Below, piece by piece: positions 18,115 to 27,103 of a DNA stretch of 64,000 nt (the first letter of the stretch is position 1; the number at the start of each line of letters is the position of its first letter). The position numbers and the translations under genes are program-made. The stretch lies in the IMG/VR virus record IMGVR_UViG_3300026493_000002; one strand, 5' to 3'. Below the pieces are notes generated by a model that worked only from the letters and a program-made list of their open reading frames with translations, was not told the DNA's origin and did not search any database. The stretch comes from a virus. Taxonomy: Duplodnaviria > Caudoviricetes.

Positions 18115-18620
18115 TGCGAGACTCCCAGGCCCATACGCTTGACCGAAGCGTAAATGTCTTCGGACTGGAGCCGCGCTTCCTCGTCAGGAGTGCGCGACAG
18201 ATGGGCGAGGTCAGCACGGTGCTGGAAGATCGCGGCTTCGACGCTCTTGAGTTCCGACAGGTACTCGCCCAGCGTTTGATTCAGGCGGCTGCCGCGAGGA
18301 CCACGCGGGCCGATGCTCGGATCAGCAGCAGCGACCTGGCGATACAGTCGCTCCTCTTCTGCGATAGCGAGCTCCAAGTAGGAGGCAGCGTCCTCGAGAG
18401 TGAGTACACGCGGCAGCACCTTGGGCTCGGCGCCTTCAAGGTGTGCACGAACGAGGCAGTCCTTGGCTTCCAGCAGCTTGCGCAGGCCAGCAGACTTCTC
18501 GGCACCGTCCGGCAGCGTAGCGTCCATCTGGCGTGCGAGTTCGCAGATGGGCTTGCTGACTTCCTGCAGGTCGGGCCGCAGGTGTTCGTACTTGAAGTGT
18601 CTCAGGATCGGAGAAGGCAT
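18111..18620 (-). CDS. Hypothetical protein with N-terminal helical hairpin resembling the Acb2/Tad1 hairpin family
   Basis: ILRHFKYEHL...LARQMDATLPDGAEKSAGLRKLLEAKDCLVRA. Confidence 0.75.
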   Translation of the reverse strand: MPSPILRHFKYEHLRPDLQEVSKPICELARQMDATLPDGAEKSAGLRKLLEAKDCLVRAHLEGAEPKVLPRVLTLEDAASYLELAIAEEERLYRQVAAADPSIGPRGPRGSRLNQTLGEYLSELKSVEAAIFQHRADLAHLSRTPDEEARLQSEDIYASVKRMGLGVSQ

Positions 18621-19057
18621 CAGTCGGTTTCCTTTTCGATTTCGGTGAGGGCGAAGTCCCGCAGGCCGAAGTAATCAGCCTTGTACTCGCGCTCGTGGAT
18701 GGTGACGCTACGCTGCACGGCGGCCGATCGGGTGAAGCGCACGGCGCCACGATAGAAGCGAATGTTGAGGACCTGCTCGCGGTCATCGTAGACAAGCTCC
18801 TGCACGGCTTCACGGCACAGAAGCGTCACACTGTTACGCGCGAGCGCAACCAAGCTGGAGTTGATCTTCTTGTCCTTGCCCGTCTGCAGGCGAGCCAGCG
18901 GTTCGAGGCGGATCGACAGGTCGAACCATTGGCCACCGACACGGTCCTGACCATGACGGTAATAACTGTGTTTCATAGGCTCGATGTTGTCGTGCGCCGC
19001 GCGACGAATGCCGGCGGCAGCTGCCATCACAACGGCCAAATAGATATCGGAATTCAC
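18620..19057 (-). CDS. Hypothetical protein
   Basis: Likely GTG start at 19057 with AAGGA SD. Confidence 0.65.
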   Translation of the reverse strand: MNSDIYLAVVMAAAAGIRRAAHDNIEPMKHSYYRHGQDRVGGQWFDLSIRLEPLARLQTGKDKKINSSLVALARNSVTLLCREAVQELVYDDREQVLNIRFYRGAVRFTRSAAVQRSVTIHEREYKADYFGLRDFALTEIEKETD

Positions 19058-19070
19058 AGGTTGCTTCCTT

Positions 19071-19445
19071 TCAGAGTGTTTCGATTTCGGGGCACAGCTT
19101 GTGGAACAGCGCCTCGTCAACTTCGATTTGGAACACGCGGAGAGTACCCTCACCGACGCGACTGATGTGGTAGTCCGAATCGTACGCGATGATGCCGCGA
19201 GGATCCTGATGCAGGTCGGCGACCAGTTCATTCAGGTCCTGAACGTCAGCTTCGAGACTCTCGCACGTACCGAGGTCAGTAGCCTTCAATCGGAGGTTCT
19301 TGTTGGGCCCTTCCTGAGTGATGTAGACCCAAAGCGGGTGACCATCACTCACGGAGAAGCCGCGCAAGGCATGCGCCAGCGTTTCATAGTCTTCCGTGGA
19401 CTTCGGCCCCTGTACCGACAGCAGCAATGCAATGCGCGTAGCCAT
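19071..19445 (-). CDS. Hypothetical protein
   Basis: 124 aa in tight operon. Confidence 0.7.
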   Translation of the reverse strand: MATRIALLLSVQGPKSTEDYETLAHALRGFSVSDGHPLWVYITQEGPNKNLRLKATDLGTCESLEADVQDLNELVADLHQDPRGIIAYDSDYHISRVGEGTLRVFQIEVDEALFHKLCPEIETL

Positions 19446-19448
19446 GAC

Positions 19449-19634
19449 TCAGTTCCCCTGCGATAACGACGAGTTGAGGGCAAGCAACTGCACCGCGAGC
19501 TTTCTCTCGGTCGGTGTCAGACTTTCCCAGTGTTTGCGGCGAGCCTCACGCAGCGCCTCACGGTCAGCTGCATTCTTCTCAACGGCCGCGTTCTTGCGCT
19601 CCTCGAAGGAGCCGCGTTTCTTTGCCTGTCCCAC
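19449..19634 (-). CDS. Small basic protein (MGQAKKRG start)
   Basis: 61 aa, GGAG SD, GTG start. Confidence 0.7.
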   Translation of the reverse strand: MGQAKKRGSFEERKNAAVEKNAADREALREARRKHWESLTPTERKLAVQLLALNSSLSQGN

Positions 19635-19635
19635 G

Positions 19636-19848
19636 TTACTCTCCTTCGCGCACCGGCGTCAGTGCGCCAGTGTCGATCCAGTTCTCGGTGCTGCACTTCG
19701 GGCACTTGACTACGTGCGCCGCGCCGTTCCGATCATCGTCCACCAGGCGGGTTTCGGACTTGCGGAATGCGAACACCGTCTTGCACTTCTTGCATGTGCA
19801 TTTGTACTCGATGGTGTTCGGATCGGTTCCGTCTTTGATGATGCGCAT
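19636..19848 (-). CDS. Zinc-ribbon protein
   Basis: CTCKKC...CPKC; GGAG SD. Confidence 0.75.
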   Translation of the reverse strand: MRIIKDGTDPNTIEYKCTCKKCKTVFAFRKSETRLVDDDRNGAAHVVKCPKCSTENWIDTGALTPVREGE

Positions 19849-19866
19849 TGCTCTCTCCTGAATGCG

Positions 19867-20703
19867 TCAGACCTTGGGCAACGTCACGCCCGTCTGGCCC
19901 TGGTACTTGCCCTTGCGATCACCGTACGATACTGCGCACGGATGGTCACCCTTGAAGAACATGAACTGCGCGATGCCTTCGTGCGCGTAGACCTTGGCCG
20001 GCAGGTTGGTGGCGTTGCTGATTTCGATGACGACGTTGCCCTCGAAGCCGGGTTCGATCGGCGTCACGTTGACGATACCGCCCGAGCGTGCATACGTGGA
20101 CTTGCCGAGGCAGACGACCATAATGTCGCGCGGGATGTGGAAGTACTCCTCGGTGCGGCCCAACAGGTAGCTGTTCGGCGGCATGATGACGAAACTCTCT
20201 CCGGTCTCCGGGTCGATAGATGCCTTCACGTCCACGAGGCACTTCGGATCGAGACGCTTCGGGTCGATCATGGCGCTGTTGATGTTGGAGAACACCTTGA
20301 ACTCTGGCGCCAGCGATACGTCGTAGCCGTACGAGGTCAGGCCGCGGCTGATGATCGACAGGGGATCCTGGGTGCGCGACTGCACTTCGACCGGACGACC
20401 GAAGAACTCCATGGACTGAACGCGCTCGGCGAATTGGATCTGCTTGATCTGGTCGGCCGAGAACGGCTCAATCATCGGAACGAACCGCTCCTCCTCCAGC
20501 AGCGTGCGAACACGGTAGCAGTTGAGGCGCATTGCCTCGAACAGGTCACCGACGTCCGCGAGTTCATCATCACCGATGAATTCCCGGTTCGCCGTAAAGG
20601 TACTGAGGTGTCGGAACTTCTGGACCTCGAAACGAATCGGGTCGAAGATTTCGGACTTCACGTCGCAGCGTTCGATGATCGAGGTGTCGCAGAGAATGCT
20701 CAT
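19867..20703 (-). CDS. dcd: dCTP deaminase with an N-terminal insertion
   Basis: [69 protein letters not shown]. Confidence 0.95.
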   Translation of the reverse strand: MSILCDTSIIERCDVKSEIFDPIRFEVQKFRHLSTFTANREFIGDDELADVGDLFEAMRLNCYRVRTLLEEERFVPMIEPFSADQIKQIQFAERVQSMEFFGRPVEVQSRTQDPLSIISRGLTSYGYDVSLAPEFKVFSNINSAMIDPKRLDPKCLVDVKASIDPETGESFVIMPPNSYLLGRTEEYFHIPRDIMVVCLGKSTYARSGGIVNVTPIEPGFEGNVVIEISNATNLPAKVYAHEGIAQFMFFKGDHPCAVSYGDRKGKYQGQTGVTLPKV

Positions 20704-20726
20704 GTTGTAGGTATCCAGAGTGCCGA

Positions 20727-21137
20727 TCAGAACTTGCCGGCTATGTAGAGATTACGGATGCGCCAGAGTTCGATGACCTGACACACATTGCTTGTTGGTT
20801 GGCCGAACATATCGCTCAGACCTGAGGCACGTTTCAGCACCTTGAGTAGGTCGCGATTCTCCCGCATGTATTCATCCCACATGCGAGAGTAGAGCTTGGC
20901 GCACGACCTCGGATTGGTCAAACGCCAGCCTCCTCGTTGTAGCTCTTTCGCTTCGCGCCACGTGAGACCCGTGCGCACGCTCTCGCCGAATAGCACAGGC
21001 ACGGACGGGCGAAGGATCTTCTTGGCGTGATAGGCGTCCTCAATGCTGACGCCTTTGACCTTCGCATAGAACGGGGAGAATCGCGTATCGCCCTTGGTGC
21101 TGCACTCCAAGAACGGCGCACGACCCGCGGTCAACAC
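20727..21137 (-). CDS. Conserved phage protein, possibly NADAR-like
   Basis: [17 protein letters not shown]...[10 protein letters not shown]...SDMFG...[11 protein letters not shown]; NADAR resemblance is inferred. Confidence 0.7.
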   Translation of the reverse strand: MLTAGRAPFLECSTKGDTRFSPFYAKVKGVSIEDAYHAKKILRPSVPVLFGESVRTGLTWREAKELQRGGWRLTNPRSCAKLYSRMWDEYMRENRDLLKVLKRASGLSDMFGQPTSNVCQVIELWRIRNLYIAGKF

Positions 21138-21376
21138 GGGCTATGCACCCGCTGGAGAGGGCCGCAGAAGAACGGCACAGTGCGGCGGAAGCGTTCGGCC
21201 GATCCGCAGAAGTACCAGCGCTCACCGTCCCACTGGAGGAACATGTCCTCGCAGACGTACTCGGGATTGCGCTTGCAGTTGCGAACGATCTTCTGGCCAT
21301 CGTGTCCGATGATGGGCACACGGCACGCATAGACGCCGACCTCGACGGGCTTACCTGTTGCGTAACTCACAGTCAT
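21131..21376 (-). CDS. Small hypothetical protein
   Basis: Likely start ATG 21376, directly after the HAD gene stop. Confidence 0.65.
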   Translation of the reverse strand: MTVSYATGKPVEVGVYACRVPIIGHDGQKIVRNCKRNPEYVCEDMFLQWDGERWYFCGSAERFRRTVPFFCGPLQRVHSPC

Positions 21377-21377
21377 T

Positions 21378-21863
21378 TTAGAACGTTCCGTAGATGGACC
21401 GGAGCTTTGCGTAGGCATCTGCGTAATCACCTTGGAAATGGATTGCGATCCCGCCCGCTGCTTCCCAAGCTCGGCACACGTCACCACGGTCATCCATGAT
21501 AACGTCACCCGGCTTGTGCATGAACAGGTGCTTGTTGATGCTGCCGTTCACGGGGAAGAACGGTATGTCGTCGTGTAGGTTGGACCGTGACCACACGCGC
21601 TTCTGGCCAGCCGCCTCATGGTAGTACGAACCGGGACAGCCCGTGAGAACTGCGGGGTTCAGCACACGAACCTTGCCGAAGAACTCCAACGCACCGTCCA
21701 TGGGCAGCAGACTGGAGAAGAAGCTGCCGTGCGACTTCACCAGTTCCCACTTACGTTCCCGTGTCACTTCCCACGGATAGACTCCGAAGAAGAGCTTGAA
21801 GCCTCCATCGAAGTCGGCGAACGTCTGATCGAGGTCCAGGTAGAGGTAGGGATCAGCCTTCAT
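21378..21863 (-). CDS. HAD-family 5'(3')-deoxyribonucleotidase-like phosphatase
   Basis: LYLDLDQTFADF (DxD motif I), VLTG (motif II), K, VIMDDR (motif IV). Confidence 0.85.
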   Translation of the reverse strand: MKADPYLYLDLDQTFADFDGGFKLFFGVYPWEVTRERKWELVKSHGSFFSSLLPMDGALEFFGKVRVLNPAVLTGCPGSYYHEAAGQKRVWSRSNLHDDIPFFPVNGSINKHLFMHKPGDVIMDDRGDVCRAWEAAGGIAIHFQGDYADAYAKLRSIYGTF

Positions 21864-22257
21864 GCTCGGTGTCCAGCAAAGGCAGGACCTTGAAACGCAG
21901 CAGGTCGGCATTGGCGAATCGCTTCGGCGCATCGGCGAGACTGTGCGTCCACGTGCGCAGGCGCTCGGGCTTGGCTGCGATGGCCTCACGCAGGTAATCG
22001 AAGTCGATCAGCCCGGAGTGTGCGGCCTCGTCCAGCAGCAACAGGACGTCTGCAACCTCGATGGCGAACTGCTTTCGTGCCGAGCGCTCGCCGTTGGTGG
22101 GAGTGAATCCCTGACCACAGCGTTGTAGCTTGGACGCCGCCTGCCCAAGCTCGCAGCACTCTTCCCGCAGGATATCCGCGACCTCGTCCTGGTAGTCGTT
22201 CAGCGGATCGACCTTGGCCACTCCGCTTCGACCGATCATGTTCTTGTCGAACGTCAA
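21853..22257 (-). CDS. MazG-like NTP pyrophosphohydrolase
   Basis: LREECCEL...FAIEVADV is the ExxE...ExxD motif. Confidence 0.75.
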   Translation of the reverse strand: MTFDKNMIGRSGVAKVDPLNDYQDEVADILREECCELGQAASKLQRCGQGFTPTNGERSARKQFAIEVADVLLLLDEAAHSGLIDFDYLREAIAAKPERLRTWTHSLADAPKRFANADLLRFKVLPLLDTEHEG

Positions 22258-22271
22258 GTTCCTTCTCCTAG

Positions 22272-22625
22272 TCAGTGATGATGATTGATGCCGAGGCCCA
22301 GCCAGTCGGCGATCTGCACGAACGGCGTGACCTTGGTCCACAGCGCGTGTTCAATCGGGAAGGACAGCGTCAGGCCGAGGAAGAACTGCCACGTGAACAG
22401 CGAACGGCACTTGTGGTAGCAGCGATGCAGGAACCCGTTGTCGTCACGATGCACATGGGAGTGCGTAGCCTCGGACGGCACGTATGCGTCACGGGCAGTC
22501 GGGGGCATGGCGGGCACAGGACCCGATTGCGTCATCACCATGATGCGGCCCATACCGAAGTCGGCGTGTTCAAGCCACGTATCACCCGGCTGAGGATTCT
22601 CCGGCTTGGTTGCAAGGATGTTCAT
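22272..22625 (-). CDS. Hypothetical membrane protein with His-rich segments
   Basis: Hydrophobic C-terminal segments; ATGA-coupled start at 22625. Confidence 0.7.
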   Translation of the reverse strand: MNILATKPENPQPGDTWLEHADFGMGRIMVMTQSGPVPAMPPTARDAYVPSEATHSHVHRDDNGFLHRCYHKCRSLFTWQFFLGLTLSFPIEHALWTKVTPFVQIADWLGLGINHHH

Positions 22626-22885
22626 TTCACCACCGTCAGGGTTGGGCCGGCTCTGTTGACCCACACCTCTTCGTAGATGATGGAGTCTTTGATCGCGGCG
22701 AATAGGTGTTTGTGCATCGGTTGGCTGTTGGTGCTAATGACCGTGCCACCTTCGATGATGTAGATGTGGAACGTGCGAGGCCCAAGCTTCTGGGCCTTTC
22801 GCTTCTTTTCCTTCAAGGCCTTGAACTGCGCGAGACTCATACCCACATAGGTGTGAACCATATGGATAGCTCCGAGGTTCGCCAT
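22622..22885 (-). CDS. Hypothetical protein
   Basis: TGATG-coupled start. Confidence 0.6.
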   Translation of the reverse strand: MANLGAIHMVHTYVGMSLAQFKALKEKKRKAQKLGPRTFHIYIIEGGTVISTNSQPMHKHLFAAIKDSIIYEEVWVNRAGPTLTVVK

Positions 22886-23526
22886 CAGCGGCAATCCTCA
22901 GGCGGCGGCAAGAGTGCGATCATTGGCGCAGCGATGGGCTTGATGCGTTCGTTCATCCAGTCGAACAGCACCAACTGGTTTTCAATCGGCATGTTGCCTT
23001 CGTGCTGAATCGTCTGGGTGACGTTGCGCCTGGTGAATGAGTCGCGCAGCGTATCTTCCATGTAGACAACCGTAGCGCGGCCGTGATCGGGCACCGTCTT
23101 GATGTGGAAGGACGACAGCGCGTTGCGGCCTTCAACGTCACTCTGGCGATAGACCGCGTAGCAATCGTAGCCCTCACACTCGCCGAGCGGGTGGGCTATC
23201 ACACGATCATCGCCGGACACCGATGCCGACACGTACATGAACCTGCGACTCTCGTCCGAAGTGATTGCGTTCTTGCGGGCCTGCAGGTTGCGGCCTACGC
23301 TAAACGTGACCTTTATCTCGGACAGGAATTCTTCGATGGTCTTGCTCTCGTAACGCAGCAGCGCCGTCGAGACTTCTTCGACACGCTCCCTGTTCAGGTG
23401 GTCAAACTTCCCGGTCTTCGCCTTACGCTCGAACAGGGTGTAGCGATGGTGATTCGGCACCTCGTTGAATTCGTAGATGCTGCCACGGCAGGGGCCAACG
23501 ACGAGGACTGCGATGCGATTGTTCAC
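22885..23526 (-). CDS. Hypothetical protein
   Basis: Likely GTG start at 23526 with AGGAG SD. Confidence 0.7.
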   Translation of the reverse strand: MNNRIAVLVVGPCRGSIYEFNEVPNHHRYTLFERKAKTGKFDHLNRERVEEVSTALLRYESKTIEEFLSEIKVTFSVGRNLQARKNAITSDESRRFMYVSASVSGDDRVIAHPLGECEGYDCYAVYRQSDVEGRNALSSFHIKTVPDHGRATVVYMEDTLRDSFTRRNVTQTIQHEGNMPIENQLVLFDWMNERIKPIAAPMIALLPPPEDCR

Positions 23527-23561
23527 GTTTCCACTCCTAAGGAGGATTGTTGCGGTTGGTA

Positions 23562-23804
23562 CTACTTGCGAAGCCACGCCAGCAAACGTTGCCAGACAGA
23601 TGGCACGTTCGACTCGGCGAGAGTTGTGACCATTTTGACCGTCTCGACCTTCGTGTCATGGCTCATGCGAGCAATCTCTTCGGGTGAGAACGGCCTGTTG
23701 AAAGGATCCGACAGGCGCTCCATGGTGGTTGCGCTGAATCCCTTTCGGATGCGGCCCACGCGCTTGCGACTCGTGGACCCGAGACCCGGACCGTTTTTAG
23801 CCAT
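23562..23804 (-). CDS. Small hypothetical protein
   Basis: CTGTAAAG motif 17 nt upstream of ATG 23804. Confidence 0.6.
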   Translation of the reverse strand: MAKNGPGLGSTSRKRVGRIRKGFSATTMERLSDPFNRPFSPEEIARMSHDTKVETVKMVTTLAESNVPSVWQRLLAWLRK

Positions 23805-24360
23805 CGTCCTGCTCACTGTTCTTTACAGCGTTGGCCGAGCGCTGCTCGATGAATGCCGACAGGCGCTCCACGAGGCTGTCACGAACCTCCAGGGTATTCT
23901 CCTGACCGTGGCGCACTACGGACTGGATGATTTCCAGGACCTCAGCACGGAGCTTCTCTCCCTTGGTGAGAGTGCGCTCGCGTGCAAGGGCTACGCCGTC
24001 TTCGGTCAGGTCACTCTGCTGCCAGCCGAAGGCATTGAACAGGCCGACGAGGTAGGGATCGAGGACGCGACGAATCTCCATGCCGTATTCGAGGATCGTG
24101 GCGCCGTCCCTTAGTGGGAACTCAAAGCGGTCCATCATGATCTTCCGATAGTCCATGAAGATGCCGAGATTCACCATGACGACGCCGCACTCGATCACGG
24201 ACGGAGGATTGATTTCCTCGTCGCAACGCGAGAAGTATTGGCGGCTCTCGGCGTGGAACAACTCCGGATGAATGGTTGCCGTCACGTAGAACGAATTGGC
24301 CCGGGTCTTGAGGACTTCAACGTCCGCTTCGGCGAGGTACTTGAATTCCTGTTGCGTCAC
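23797..24360 (-). CDS. Hypothetical protein
   Basis: 187 aa, GTGA overlap with sbcC stop. Confidence 0.75.
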   Translation of the reverse strand: MTQQEFKYLAEADVEVLKTRANSFYVTATIHPELFHAESRQYFSRCDEEINPPSVIECGVVMVNLGIFMDYRKIMMDRFEFPLRDGATILEYGMEIRRVLDPYLVGLFNAFGWQQSDLTEDGVALARERTLTKGEKLRAEVLEIIQSVVRHGQENTLEVRDSLVERLSAFIEQRSANAVKNSEQDDG

Positions 24361-26807
24361 TTCTTTCTCCTTGCCTTGGCACTCTTACGTGCCTTCTTGA
24401 CCAGCTTGGTCACGTCGATGGATACGGCGTTGTCCATTCCGTCGAACAACACGCGCGACTTGCCGCTCTCCTTGCGAACGGTCCACAGATTGCTGCCCTC
24501 ACAGTAGTCCGATTCGTGAGGCGTGATGACGTAGATGTTGGGCACAATCTCCGACAGGGCCGGCAGGAAGACCTGCAGGAACTTGGTGCGGGAGATAGAG
24601 TCCATGTGTGCGCACGGTTCATCCAGCGTGAGCATGTTGACGCGCTTGTCATCAGGCAGCAGCGGCAACAGGGAGAACACGAACAGCAGACGGAATGCGT
24701 TCGACTCGGCACCCGAAAGGTTGCGCACGTCGCTCGGTGGATGACCGTTGCTGCGATCAACCATGATCGACAAGCCCTTGTCACCAGCGATCACGCCGAA
24801 GACGAAAGGCTCGTTGAAGATCAGGTTGGAGTAGGCATTGAGGTTCTGTTCCAGCAGCGCGCAAATCTCGTTCGCCACTACCGTCTTGATGCCCTTGCTG
24901 CTGTATGCCTTCGACAACGCACTCAGCAACTTCTTGTCCTCAACCAGTGGGCGTGCCTCTTCGATCTTGGCCGAGACGCGCTTCACCTCCTTTTGGTACA
25001 CCTCAATCTCGCGGTCTGCTGAGGAGGCGTTGTCCAGCGACTGCACGATTTCCGAGAGTTCGGCCTTGGATCGTTTGATCGACTTGCCGAGGCGCAACAG
25101 ACGCTCTTCGGTTTCGGTGATCTGGCCACGAACGAGGTTGACCGTACGCAGGCCACTCAGGCGGTCGTTGTTCTCGATCAGCTTGTCGCGGGATGCCAGG
25201 TGCTTGATGATATCCTCGCACAACTCAATGGCAGTATCGAGTTCGTCCATGGTCATATCGGCCGTGGGCTTCTCTTCGGGTGCCTTGGGCTTCTTCACGT
25301 CTGCCAGCATTCGGCTGTACAGGTCGTGCTTCTCCCACACCTTCAACTGCTTCTTGATCGTTTCGATTGCCGGCCCAGCAGCGGAGATACGCTTGCGCAG
25401 CTTGTCTTCGGAGTCCTCGTCGAATTCCGAATTCTTGAAGGCCGTGTTCGCCTCTTCGTACTTGGTCCACATGGACTGCGCACGCTTGGCGTTCTCCAGC
25501 TTCGGCAGCTTCTTCTTCGCATCGTTGACCAACGTGCGAATGTTGTCCACGTCGACAGGACTGAGGCACGTAGGGCATGTGCCTTCGTCGTCGTGATCGT
25601 GGTCCAGCAGCTTCTTCAAGCCGAGCGTCGTGCGGCACTTGGCAATGTCCTCGTCGTAGTTGGCCTTGAGGTCAGGCTTGTTCTTCGGGCCGAAGCCGAG
25701 TTCCTTGAGGTCGGAAGCCAGTTCGTCGCGCTTGTCGCGCAGACGCTCATGCTCGCGCCTCTTGTTCTTGAGTTCACGCAGCTGGTCCTGCAATTCTTCC
25801 AGTGCGGTCTCTGCTGCTGCCAGTCGCTTGGTGAGCTTCTTGGCTGAGAGGTCCGGAAGCTCCAAGGCGTCGAGCTTGGCCTGAGTCTCCTTGACGGTCC
25901 GAGCATAGTCTGACAGTCGTTCCTCGTAGGCATCCCACTCGCGCGTAGCACGGCGCTGGCTCTTGAGATACCTGCGATACTCCTCAGGCTTCTTCTTCAC
26001 CTTGTAGCTTTCGCGCAGCGCGTCCAGTTCCTCTTCGACCGATATCAGGGTCGTGAGGTCGCGCAGGTAACTCTTGGTGCTGTACTCCTCTTTGACCAAC
26101 TTCTCGATTGTTTCGTCGAGTCCCTTCTTCTTGGTCTTGAGGCCATCAACGTCGATGCCTTCGGCGACACGGCTCTTCGCATTCTTGAGACGCTTACGGG
26201 CCTCAATGTAGTCACGCTCCAGCATCTGCAACTGGAGCTCGCCGTCACGCACTTCACCCAGCTTGTTCAGGAAGAACCGCTGAATGCCGTCGTAGCTGTC
26301 GAGGTCGAAGATTTTGCTCAGGTGTTCCAGACGATCAACGTCGGAACTGGACTGCATCAGGAACGGCTTCTGCGTGGAGACGTAGCTCGTCGTGTAGTAG
26401 ACCAGTTCCGACATTGGAAACAGCTTCTGGCGGATGAACTTCTCCGCCAGGGGTGTCGTGCGAATGCCCATGTCCAGACCGTCGCATTCGATGGTGTACT
26501 TCGATGCGGTCTGTTTGATCTGATAGCTCTTGCCATCACGGCCCTTGATGCGGACCGTGATGCTGCTGCCCTTGCCGAGCAGTTCCTTCTTCGCCTTCTT
26601 CTTGATTGCCAAGGGAGGGGTGAAGTAGAAGACGTTTGCCGGGCAACTGAACAGGAGGGATTTACCCGCTCCGTTGCCAGACGGATTGGCGGGGTCCGAG
26701 TCCATGTTGAGGCCACGAACGAACGTGATGCGGTTCTTGTTGAAGTCTACCGCCTGCTCCTTGAAGCATACCACGTTTTCGAGGGAAAGACCCTGTAGCT
26801 CAATCAT
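24357..26807 (-). CDS. sbcC: SbcC/Rad50 (gp46-like) SMC ATPase
   Basis: Walker A SGNGAGKS, coiled coils, Zn hook CPTC, signature LSGAE, Walker B LTLDEP, H-loop ITPH. Confidence 0.95.
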   Translation of the reverse strand: MIELQGLSLENVVCFKEQAVDFNKNRITFVRGLNMDSDPANPSGNGAGKSLLFSCPANVFYFTPPLAIKKKAKKELLGKGSSITVRIKGRDGKSYQIKQTASKYTIECDGLDMGIRTTPLAEKFIRQKLFPMSELVYYTTSYVSTQKPFLMQSSSDVDRLEHLSKIFDLDSYDGIQRFFLNKLGEVRDGELQLQMLERDYIEARKRLKNAKSRVAEGIDVDGLKTKKKGLDETIEKLVKEEYSTKSYLRDLTTLISVEEELDALRESYKVKKKPEEYRRYLKSQRRATREWDAYEERLSDYARTVKETQAKLDALELPDLSAKKLTKRLAAAETALEELQDQLRELKNKRREHERLRDKRDELASDLKELGFGPKNKPDLKANYDEDIAKCRTTLGLKKLLDHDHDDEGTCPTCLSPVDVDNIRTLVNDAKKKLPKLENAKRAQSMWTKYEEANTAFKNSEFDEDSEDKLRKRISAAGPAIETIKKQLKVWEKHDLYSRMLADVKKPKAPEEKPTADMTMDELDTAIELCEDIIKHLASRDKLIENNDRLSGLRTVNLVRGQITETEERLLRLGKSIKRSKAELSEIVQSLDNASSADREIEVYQKEVKRVSAKIEEARPLVEDKKLLSALSKAYSSKGIKTVVANEICALLEQNLNAYSNLIFNEPFVFGVIAGDKGLSIMVDRSNGHPPSDVRNLSGAESNAFRLLFVFSLLPLLPDDKRVNMLTLDEPCAHMDSISRTKFLQVFLPALSEIVPNIYVITPHESDYCEGSNLWTVRKESGKSRVLFDGMDNAVSIDVTKLVKKARKSAKARRKK

Positions 26808-26843
26808 AACAATCTCTGATAGGGGAACTGCGATATGGAACGG

Positions 26844-27101
26844 TTACTGCTTGGCGACAAGGGCCATGACGGCGTCGTGCACTTCCTGCGGAGTGGCGGG
26901 CACAAGATCCCATTCGTCCACGCCGATGGTCCATCCCGTGTCACCGAGACGACGCATCTGGCCCTTCTGATAGGGAGACGGCAGCTTGACGTTATGAACG
27001 AACACCACGTCGCCGACCTTGCCCGGATCTTTCCAGCCGTCGCCGGCCGTATGGCGAGTGGCCTTGAAGATGGCCGTCTCGGACAGACTCACTTCGGACA
27101 T
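26844..27101 (-). CDS. Small hypothetical protein
   Basis: Likely start ATG 27101 just after the dnaX stop. Confidence 0.7.
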   Translation of the reverse strand: MSEVSLSETAIFKATRHTAGDGWKDPGKVGDVVFVHNVKLPSPYQKGQMRRLGDTGWTIGVDEWDLVPATPQEVHDAVMALVAKQ

Positions 27102-27103
27102 GG

